From a virus: 64,000 nt of DNA. The stretch is from IMG/VR virus record IMGVR_UViG_3300022756_000004, positions 3,215 through 67,214 of that record, one strand, 5' to 3'. How positions within the stretch are numbered: position 1 is the first letter of the stretch; each line of letters starts with the position of its first letter. Below are positions 56,465-64,000 of this stretch, piece after piece. The position numbers and the translations under genes were made by a program. The notes beneath the pieces were generated by a model, which saw only the letters and a list, made by a program, of their open reading frames with translations, had not been told where the DNA came from and searched no databases.

Positions 56465-57148
56465 GTGAAACCCCAGGTCGATGACCTGGACGCAGACCGG
56501 CGTCCTCGGGTAGTAAAGGAAATAGAAGTTCCGCGCATGGTTGAGATCATCGGTATCGATCCTGGCGGAACTACTGGGTGGACCCTGATGAAAGTTCCGC
56601 CAGAAGCCTTGCTACCCGAGGGCCCGAGCGTCTTACGGTCGGTAAAGGAATGGCGCATTGGTCAAGTTGACTGCGGCTCAACAAAAGGCAATCTGGGAAA
56701 TAGTCTCTACGCAGGGATCTCTACTGCTGGAGAGTCTGCTGGAGCAGCTGTCCTCGGAAAGTTGCTCCGAGCTTATGACGGCTCTGCCATCGTGGTTGAG
56801 TCTTTCATTCTCAGACAATTCAGTAAGGATCAAGATCTCCTTTCCCCGCAAAGGATCACTGCGAAAATCGAGCAGTACCTGTACCTCGACGGACGCAACT
56901 ACTTCACGCAATCCCCGTCCGAGGCGAAAACAAGCGCAACGGACGAGCGCCTGAAGGTCTGGGGATTCTACACTAGCGAGGGAGGGATGCAGCACGCACG
57001 CGACGCGACACGGCACGCGCTGACGTTCTTGCGCCGAGCCTCCCAGCCCGGAAGAAAGGCGGCTGAGCTGAGAGCGGCTGCGTGGCCCTGGTTCTACGCA
57101 CCCGGAGAGAAATACGGACCTCCTCTTCGATGTGAGGAAACCGCGTAA
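56465..57148 (+). CDS. RuvC-like Holliday junction resolvase
   Basis: IIGIDPGGTTGW, IVVESF, HARDA. Confidence 0.8.
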   Translation: MKPQVDDLDADRRPRVVKEIEVPRMVEIIGIDPGGTTGWTLMKVPPEALLPEGPSVLRSVKEWRIGQVDCGSTKGNLGNSLYAGISTAGESAGAAVLGKLLRAYDGSAIVVESFILRQFSKDQDLLSPQRITAKIEQYLYLDGRNYFTQSPSEAKTSATDERLKVWGFYTSEGGMQHARDATRHALTFLRRASQPGRKAAELRAAAWPWFYAPGEKYGPPLRCEETA

Positions 57149-57154
57149 CCGTCC

Positions 57155-57193
57155 ATACCGACCTGGTAGTGTGGTACAGCGCCAGGTCGGTAT
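57155..57193. promoter_or_regulatory. 12-bp inverted repeat around an extended -10-like element
   Basis: ATACCGACCTGG-15 nt containing TGTGGTACAGC-CCAGGTCGGTAT. Confidence 0.65.
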
Positions 57194-57221
57194 AGGCGTT
57201 TAGTGTGAATAGGAGACTTGC

Positions 57222-57485
57222 GTGGCTGAACCAAGGGTGAACGGAATTCGGGTTTACTTCAACGATGACGAAGTAGAGGCCATTAAAGATCTGGCTGAGG
57301 GAATGAGTATCTCGGATAGTTCCGCCATCCGGTATATGATGACGGTAGGATTGAATGCTCTGCGACATGCGCAACGGGAGCCGGTTAACCTGGACGTGGC
57401 GAATGCCTCGGTCCTGGAGCGACTGACCACTGCGATGAGCGAGCCGGGGGAGCGAAATAGGACGCCGATTCTGCGGTCGGCTTAG
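57222..57485 (+). CDS. Ribbon-helix-helix DNA-binding protein
   Basis: IRVYFNDDEVEAIKDLAEGMSISDSSAIRYMM; AGGAG RBS. Confidence 0.7.
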   Translation: MAEPRVNGIRVYFNDDEVEAIKDLAEGMSISDSSAIRYMMTVGLNALRHAQREPVNLDVANASVLERLTTAMSEPGERNRTPILRSA

Positions 57486-57520
57486 TCCAGTTGGTGTTGG
57501 ATCTAGGGTAAAGGGCTGCC

Positions 57521-60415
57521 GTGGGTGATTTGAAAAATGTCGGCAATGACGGCGACAATGTTAGAAACATGATTAGTGTGAAGCCCTTCCGGCTCACAGC
57601 CTTGGAATACCATCGACGAGGATGGATTCCCTTTCCCCTGCCCCCACGAGATAAGTTTCCTCCACCAGAAGGCGCGACCGGTAAGAAGAATCCTGTCCCC
57701 GAGGATCGACTGGAACGTGTCACAGAGTATCTGGCTGACGGTTTCCAAGCTCGGGTGGACGGTCGTCCGCAGCACTTTGAAGCGGACGTATGCAACATCG
57801 GTCTCCGCATGGATCACAGCGTCATAGGTATCGACGTGGACCATTACGAGGCCAAGCACGGAGCGGATGAATTGGCCGCTCTGGAGAAGAAACTCGGGAA
57901 ACTGCCCGTCACCTGGACGTCTTCCGCCAGGACGGACGGCCATTCCGGTATCCGTTTCTTCCGTATCCCGAATAAATATCTCCCAGGTAGTAAGCTAGGC
58001 GGGAAGCACGGCTTGAGTTTTAGTGGTAAGGCTGCCAACGCTATTGATGTGGTGCAGTACAGCCACCGTTACACTGCGGCCCCTCCAAGCTACCACCCAG
58101 ACGTACAGGCCGAGTACCGCTGGTTTGCGCCGGGCGAGCCCCTTGATAAAATCCCCAGCGGGTATCGGGTAGAGATCAAGGCCGTCTCAGAACGACACGA
58201 GCGCACCGAAGGTCCTCGGGATAAGTCGGTTGAAGGATATATCGCAAGTGGATATGGTGCGACCGTACGGTTCCTTGAGGAAAAAACCAGCATCAAAATC
58301 CCGTACGTGGAAGAGCTGCCCGACCTGCCGGAGGCTTGGGTTCTGTTCTTGTCTCGAGGTGGGATCCGGGATGATCTCAAGGCTCGGGACATCACCTCCA
58401 CGGAACGGGAGCTGCTCTCCTGGGCCGCAAAGAACTTTCCGGGTGGTAAGTCTGCGGCTCCATGCAAGACGGTCCGTAAGGCTGCGGAGACGCACAAGGA
58501 GCGGATGAAGACCGGTGAATCTTCGCACGACAAGATCGTGGAGATGCACTGGAATATCTACAACTATGCGCTCGAAGGACATCGCGGTGCTCTGCTCACT
58601 TCCGCCAGGCTAGAGAAACTGTGGACCCGTACAGTTCTCAAGGGCAACACCGTACACGGACAGAAGCGCCATCTCACCGAAGCCAGCGGGGAAATCTTCC
58701 GTAGCCGAGTGGAAGCCCTTCGCAAGATCAAGGGTATGGCGGATGAAGTCTTCGAGGACGGAGGCAATCCGTTCAAGACGGGCTGCACTTGCCATGATCA
58801 GGAGGAGACTCAGCGAGAACTGGAACAGGCTGGCATCCCCAGCGGTATCGGTCAGATCCGAGATCTGGAGGAGTATGATCATAGCGATCGGGGCCGAGGC
58901 GAGATGTTCCGGGACATGTTCACCGCCGAGCGAGTCAAGGTAGTGGGCAGCGGCGATACCTCCAAGTGGTTCTTCTGGAAGCTGGACGGTACTGAGTTCG
59001 GCTGGCGACAGGATAACGATCTGGCTATGCGCCTCGTGGAGGCAATCTCCAAGGCGTATAAGACCAAGTATACGCAGCTTCTCCAGAAGTATCGCGAGCA
59101 GGTGGCCGCAGATGATCCCGAGGCCAAGCTCACCGGGGGCGAGATGCGCAAGTATCGCCAGCTCTACGAGAGCGCGGGCAACGCAGCTACGATCAAGAAC
59201 TGCCTCACGATGCTAGGTACTCTACCCGATATCCGAGTGGAGGATACCTTCTTCGATCATAAGCCGCATCTCCTGGGCTTTGATGACGGGGTGGTCGAGT
59301 TGCTTCCCGGACAGCCCTGGAAGTTCCGAGACAAGACGTTTGACGATCGTGTGAGTATGTCCGTCGGACGCCCCTTCATCGGCAAAAGCCTGCGGGAACT
59401 GGCTGCGGTTAAGGATCCCGGCTACTTGGCTCTTCTGGATTATCAGAAGACCTTCGTCCCAGACCTGGAGCTGTGGCATTTCGTACAAGCCATCCTCGGA
59501 TATACCCTGTATGGCGGAAATCCCTCTCGTCAGATTTACTTCTTCCATGGTGAGTCCAGTACCGGTAAGTCCATGCTCGTGAATGCTCTGCAGAAGGCTC
59601 TCGGGCCGTATGGCGCTAGCTCGAATGGCGATGTCTTCAACGACAAGGACGGTGGCCGCAACCCGGAAATCATGAAGACTCGGGGCAAGCGCCTCGTTCA
59701 GTTGCCCGAGTTCGGTGACGGACACTGGATTACGAACGACAGCCTCAAGCGGCTGGCCTCCGAGGATATCCTCTCGGTTCGTGATAACTATGCCAAGAGC
59801 GATCAGATCGTAGAGTTCCAGCAGACCGCTACCTTCATTGGACCGACCAACTCAGTACCTCGAATCAATGGTATCGACACGGCGGTTAAGCGCCGCATCG
59901 TGGCGGTGCCGTTTGACGAGGTAATGCCTGATTCACAACTGGACTTGGACAAGGCCAATTTCTTGGCTACGCAGGGTCGAGATGCAGTAATCGCATGGGC
60001 TTTGGAGGGCTGGAACGCCTATTCCGCCAGTGGGGGAGGAGTGCTTCGGTCCAATAATTGGCCGCGCGTAGTGACGCAACGCACCAAGGAATTCATCGGG
60101 GAGATGTCCTCGATCGGTGAATTCGTGGAGGATTACATCAAGGTCACGGACAAGCCCGAGGACAAACTGTACGCAAAGTTCGTGTTCTCTCGCTATCTGG
60201 TGTGGGCAGACGAGCAGGGAATCCACGAAAGCAAGCGCATGGATCAGCGTAGGCTGTCGCGGGCTATCGCAGACTTCACCGGAAAGAAAACTCAGACGGT
60301 GAAGAACGGTAAGTCTGTGGAGCGTGGATGGAGCGGAGTTCGTCTCACGGGTGGTAATCCTAAGGTGCAGGGAAGGGGTTTCGAAGTAATCTCTGAACAA
60401 AGTACTGAGAAGTAA
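57521..60415 (+). CDS. Bifunctional primase-polymerase fused to D5/SF3 helicase
   Basis: G.IPFPL...K.PP, NIGL, GIDVD, APPS.HP; GESSTGKS, KRL..LPE, TN..P, RRI..VPF. Exact start uncertain. Confidence 0.9.
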   Translation: MGDLKNVGNDGDNVRNMISVKPFRLTALEYHRRGWIPFPLPPRDKFPPPEGATGKKNPVPEDRLERVTEYLADGFQARVDGRPQHFEADVCNIGLRMDHSVIGIDVDHYEAKHGADELAALEKKLGKLPVTWTSSARTDGHSGIRFFRIPNKYLPGSKLGGKHGLSFSGKAANAIDVVQYSHRYTAAPPSYHPDVQAEYRWFAPGEPLDKIPSGYRVEIKAVSERHERTEGPRDKSVEGYIASGYGATVRFLEEKTSIKIPYVEELPDLPEAWVLFLSRGGIRDDLKARDITSTERELLSWAAKNFPGGKSAAPCKTVRKAAETHKERMKTGESSHDKIVEMHWNIYNYALEGHRGALLTSARLEKLWTRTVLKGNTVHGQKRHLTEASGEIFRSRVEALRKIKGMADEVFEDGGNPFKTGCTCHDQEETQRELEQAGIPSGIGQIRDLEEYDHSDRGRGEMFRDMFTAERVKVVGSGDTSKWFFWKLDGTEFGWRQDNDLAMRLVEAISKAYKTKYTQLLQKYREQVAADDPEAKLTGGEMRKYRQLYESAGNAATIKNCLTMLGTLPDIRVEDTFFDHKPHLLGFDDGVVELLPGQPWKFRDKTFDDRVSMSVGRPFIGKSLRELAAVKDPGYLALLDYQKTFVPDLELWHFVQAILGYTLYGGNPSRQIYFFHGESSTGKSMLVNALQKALGPYGASSNGDVFNDKDGGRNPEIMKTRGKRLVQLPEFGDGHWITNDSLKRLASEDILSVRDNYAKSDQIVEFQQTATFIGPTNSVPRINGIDTAVKRRIVAVPFDEVMPDSQLDLDKANFLATQGRDAVIAWALEGWNAYSASGGGVLRSNNWPRVVTQRTKEFIGEMSSIGEFVEDYIKVTDKPEDKLYAKFVFSRYLVWADEQGIHESKRMDQRRLSRAIADFTGKKTQTVKNGKSVERGWSGVRLTGGNPKVQGRGFEVISEQSTEK

Positions 60416-60432
60416 AGGATTAAATTATGGAC

Positions 60433-60725
60433 GCGGATAGGGTAACGATGGGTAACGATGGGGGTAACGCGGTGCGCGTTACCCTATCTGCGCAGGTGGG
60501 GGCATGTTTTTGAGCCCTGGTAACGCGGTAACGCTTAACGGCCCTACCTTCTCTATATACGTAATACGTAAGGCCCTATACGAGGTTCTTAGGGTTGTAT
60601 TTTCCTCACATGCGTATAAGTACATCGTTACCTCGTTACCTCGTTACCAAGGGGGTCGAAAAGGCTTCTACCAGGGGATATGAGGTAACGATGGCATCGT
60701 TACCAGGGTAACGCTCATCGTTACC
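60433..60725. repeat. Putative replication origin with 13 GGTAACG/CGTTACC iterons
   Basis: 7 forward and 6 reverse heptamers around an AT-rich core, directly after the primase-helicase gene. Confidence 0.8.
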
Positions 60726-60802
60726 ACAAAAGTTCGATAGCCAGAATAAACATCGGAATAGCCTGTTTACCAGGGTATATGTATGAAAAGGTGGTAGGGG
60801 TA

Positions 60803-61084
60803 ATGGCACTGAATCGGGATCAATTGGCTCAGCTGGCATATGATGCGGCGGGTCCGACAGAACGAGACGCTCTCAAGGCTCGGTCTCAGGAAAAGATGGC
60901 TGAGGCCATGAAGAATGCAGCTGAGTCTTTCGCCAAGATGGCTGAGGCTATCGCTAGCGCGGCTCCGGCATTTGCGAAGGCAGCAGAGGCTCTGGAAGAT
61001 ATACGGAAGAATGGAGTGGTGGTTCGCAATGGAGACACGCACTCGGGGTTCGTGGTTCCGTTCATCGTAAAGAAGGAGGACTGA
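60803..61084 (+). CDS. Hypothetical helical protein
   Basis: AK.AEA repeats. Confidence 0.6.
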   Translation: MALNRDQLAQLAYDAAGPTERDALKARSQEKMAEAMKNAAESFAKMAEAIASAAPAFAKAAEALEDIRKNGVVVRNGDTHSGFVVPFIVKKED

Positions 61085-61265
61085 GCATTATGGGCGAAGC
61101 GGATACGCTGTGGTATCTCAAGTGGGTGAAAAGGGTTCCCGTTACCAACTTGCATGGACAAGAAGTGGATCTTGTCGTGGTGGAATGGTTTGCAGCAGAG
61201 CCAGCTGGCTCTGGTCGGTTAAGCAAGCGTACCGAATGGGAGCTATAGCTGGTACACTGAGCATC

Positions 61266-61655
61266 ATGACGAGCCCCCTAGTGCGCGGGCAAGAACCCGG
61301 CGAATCAGAATTCTCCTATGGCAAGGGAATGGTGCCGCCACAAAACCGGGGCTACATTCCTACGAACAGGGATCTATTGAATGCGGCGTATCAGACAGAT
61401 CCTGCGAATGAGGGTGCGACGGTAGAGGGTACGTTGGTAGCTAACCCGTCGCAGAGCCATCCAGACCCCATCACTGGGGTGTATGTGCCCGGCGATCTGG
61501 ATCAGTATGCGACCCCTCGTGTACGTGAAACAGGGCCTTCTGTTCCAGCTGGCATTGACCCCGGCAAGTACAATCCCGGTCATTACGCAGACGGCCTCCA
61601 AGACGGCAGTGGAGACGCATGGCGGGCTAGCCTGCCGCCTAACCCTGTGGTATAA
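61266..61655 (+). CDS. Hypothetical P/G-rich protein, probably leaderless
   Basis: TGG-TACACT 7 nt upstream of the ATG, no SD. Confidence 0.65.
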   Translation: MTSPLVRGQEPGESEFSYGKGMVPPQNRGYIPTNRDLLNAAYQTDPANEGATVEGTLVANPSQSHPDPITGVYVPGDLDQYATPRVRETGPSVPAGIDPGKYNPGHYADGLQDGSGDAWRASLPPNPVV

Positions 61656-61697
61656 CGCACGTACAAGCACGCGCAGAGCGCAACGAAAGGACAGCCC

Positions 61698-62024
61698 GTG
61701 GCTGGCAAGATTGAAGATGGCAAGGCTCTCACCGAGGACGGCAAGAATGTCTTTCATGAGATCAGTACTCTCTCGGCCCTCGTGCCTTCGCTCGCGGGAT
61801 TCAGTACGATGTGCTGGGAGAATCCTGGAAGTGCGGGGGCGCTGAAAGAAGAAGAACTGAATGCGGTGTGCAACTCATTCGCTGAGCGTACGACTGACAT
61901 TCTCTATACGCGCATCTATCAGCACATGTTCGCCACGATGAAGCGTGCCCGCCCCTTCTTCACAGATGAGCAAATTGATATTCAGATCTCAGAACTTGTC
62001 GTGGGGATGGATTTGTGGAACTAG
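61698..62024 (+). CDS. Hypothetical protein
   Basis: GAAAGGA RBS. Confidence 0.7.
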   Translation: MAGKIEDGKALTEDGKNVFHEISTLSALVPSLAGFSTMCWENPGSAGALKEEELNAVCNSFAERTTDILYTRIYQHMFATMKRARPFFTDEQIDIQISELVVGMDLWN

Positions 62025-63334
62025 ATATCGACAAGCGCTTCGAACTGGATAGCCTGCGTGGCAGGCCCGACGGTCCAGTGAAGTACATCCCCGAGTTGGG
62101 GATGGAAGTTCCCACGTATATCGATCCTCGTAAGGATTTGTGGCCCAAGGGTTCAGAAGATGTTCTCATGTACCACGTTCCCCTCAAGATGCGAGGGCCG
62201 TACAAGGTACGAGCAGGCGAAGAGCGCGGCCCTATTGGGGAACGCATCAATGATGCGAATTACTGCCTGTGCATGGCGACTACTCGACAAGACTATATAC
62301 GAAAAGGTCGAGAGCAGGTTATCGCGGGTAGGCCATGCCGAAGTAAGGCGATCAATCTCAGCGGATGGTGCAGTCAGCATGGTGGTGCGCTGCATCCTCT
62401 GGACAAGAGCGAACCTCAAGAAACTTCTCGCGAGTACAGATTCGTCAATGGTCTTCTTGATCCCAAGGACATGGACGATGAGGAACTTGCCAGGGGTCAG
62501 CTTCGCAAGAAGGATGGAACGTGGACTAACTTTCGTTCTGTTCCGGCTGCTGTGTTTCAATCTGCCCAGCGAGAGCTTTTCGAAAGAGCTGATACTAGGC
62601 TGAGGGAGAACTTGCTTCAGGCTGTGGACACCATGGCTGAGATAGCCAGTGGCTCAGCTTATGAACCTGAAGTTCGTATACGTGCCGCTCAGTTCATATA
62701 TGAGCGCGTACGCGGTAAGAATCCGGACGTGGTGATCCACACCCAGGACAAGCCCTTCGAAGTCATGATGACCGACATGGTCATTGGGGGTGGCAGTCGT
62801 GCCGCCTCGCGTGCTATGCGCGCGCTCGAGAACGCAGTAGATGCAGAGGTGATCGAAGGCTATGATGATCTTGCTGTGGTATACGACGATAGCCACAACC
62901 TTGATCCTGCTATGGATCATATGGAGACTGGTGAAGAGGTAGAGCTCGTACCTCTCACACCTGACGTGCCTGAGCATCATGGTCCGGCAGGCAAGCCCAT
63001 GACCACTCCACCAGTGGACCCACTGCTACGCGACAAGTGGGAGAAGGATCGCATTGCCAATGAGACCGATGTGGACGAGACAGTTCAGTCCCTCAAGGCG
63101 AGGCTGGATGCTGCTCGTCGCAAGCGCTACGCTGCTCGGGGCAAGGGCTTGGATCATGTGGATTCGTACCCCTACAAGTGGACCAATGCTGAAGGCGACG
63201 AATGGCAGAAGGATCCGGACGATCCACAATACGAAGTACCTGTGAACGTGATTACCTTTCATGAGCCCGAGCTCGCGAAGGTACCCGCGCACGTGAAGGC
63301 AGCAGATACTCGAAGGATCAGGAAGGGACGATGA
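62015..63334 (+). CDS. Putative terminase small subunit / DNA-packaging protein
   Basis: C.A.T...C...C..HGG finger, then helical AV.T..EIA...E.RIRAAQ.IYER..GK.P typical of small terminases. Position wraps towards the portal. Confidence 0.5.
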   Translation: MELDIDKRFELDSLRGRPDGPVKYIPELGMEVPTYIDPRKDLWPKGSEDVLMYHVPLKMRGPYKVRAGEERGPIGERINDANYCLCMATTRQDYIRKGREQVIAGRPCRSKAINLSGWCSQHGGALHPLDKSEPQETSREYRFVNGLLDPKDMDDEELARGQLRKKDGTWTNFRSVPAAVFQSAQRELFERADTRLRENLLQAVDTMAEIASGSAYEPEVRIRAAQFIYERVRGKNPDVVIHTQDKPFEVMMTDMVIGGGSRAASRAMRALENAVDAEVIEGYDDLAVVYDDSHNLDPAMDHMETGEEVELVPLTPDVPEHHGPAGKPMTTPPVDPLLRDKWEKDRIANETDVDETVQSLKARLDAARRKRYAARGKGLDHVDSYPYKWTNAEGDEWQKDPDDPQYEVPVNVITFHEPELAKVPAHVKAADTRRIRKGR

Positions 63335-63564
63335 CGCTGCACGCCATCCCTGCACCTGGTCGGGACACCATGGACCACTATCCCGGCATGCAGTGTTGGT
63401 GTATGCCGATCCTCCATGCATGCGAATGCGAAGAGCGTTGCCCACCGATTACCGTTCACGCGGCTCATGGGCTGCCAGCTCAAGTTTCCTGGCATAGCAA
63501 GGCTCGTTCCAAAATACCTACGGAATTAAGGAAGGATAGACATGGGAAGCTTCACGCTCGATAA
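63331..63564 (+). CDS. Small Cys/His protein
   Basis: H....CWC.P motif, ATGA coupling. Confidence 0.55.
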   Translation: MTLHAIPAPGRDTMDHYPGMQCWCMPILHACECEERCPPITVHAAHGLPAQVSWHSKARSKIPTELRKDRHGKLHAR

Positions 63565-63726
63565 CGTAGTGCTTGGCGGAAAGATAGGTGCTGCGGTTCT
63601 CAGTTTCGTAGCCAACATTGCACCGCTCATTGTGCAGCTCTTTAACTAGTAGGAGGCCCTTGCGTTACCGCGCCGTTGTGGTAGGCTTGGGGCTGCAAGG
63701 CGGACAACGACGGGAACGGTGGGGAC

Positions 63727-64000
63727 ATGTTGGAATTCCTTTTCAACCTGAACATCATCGTTGCTTTGTTAAGACGAATCGACCGAAAGCAGGACGAACT
63801 GATGTCGACGGTAACCGAAGCATTCTCCAACCTCGCGGGTCAGGCCAACAAGGCTTTCGGCGAGATCAGTGGCAAGATCAGCGACCTGTCCGGTAAGATC
63901 GAACAGCTCACTGCGGCCCTCGCGAATCGTGAGCTCACCCCCGAGGAGACTGCGGCCCTCGAAGAAGTCAAGACCGCCGTGCAGAAGCTGGACGACATCG
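63727..64000 (+). CDS. Coiled-coil protein (3' truncated)
   Basis: Open to window end; in-frame starts at 63727 and 63802. Confidence 0.6.
   Translation, partial: MLEFLFNLNIIVALLRRIDRKQDELMSTVTEAFSNLAGQANKAFGEISGKISDLSGKIEQLTAALANRELTPEETAALEEVKTAVQKLDDI

Noticed and set aside
1-64000. Prophage, lysogeny module, reverse transcriptase or diversity-generating retroelement
   Set aside because: No host genes, integrase, repressor, RT motifs or TR/VR repeat pair were recognised.

Overview
The window covers most of a tailed (siphovirus-like) actinobacteriophage genome. A Nocardia/Rhodococcus/Gordonia-type host is inferred from codon style and a Nocardia-like secreted glycine-zipper gene. Essentially all credible genes are on the + strand. 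No integrase, repressor, tRNA or large terminase is visible, so the phage is probably lytic, with the terminase just outside the window. Gene order: portal; a cluster of very basic small proteins; JAB/MPN protease; MuF-like protein; scaffold; capsid; fibre/beta-helix module; neck and tail; HNH; tape measure; minor tail; lysis cassette (to ~28.6 kb). Next come a hairpin-repeat array, a ~900-bp GpA-free island and repeat-punctuated early genes. The replication/nucleotide arm follows (SNF2 helicase, Cas4-like nuclease, AAA ATPase, SSB-like protein, endoV-like glycosylase, FAD oxidoreductase, Nmad1-like, DnaE, MazG-like, NDT-like, ThyX-like, RuvC-like, Prim-Pol/SF3 helicase), then an iteron-rich origin and a putative small terminase. 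Best leads: (1) the strand-specific GpA-free early island; (2) a JAB protease in the head operon, with a shared LLPF[RK]G[GA] leader on scaffold and capsid; (3) a candidate DNA base-modification operon; (4) basic head-cargo proteins sharing an RDxxGR[FW] motif. Family assignments are from motif recognition by eye, not database searches.
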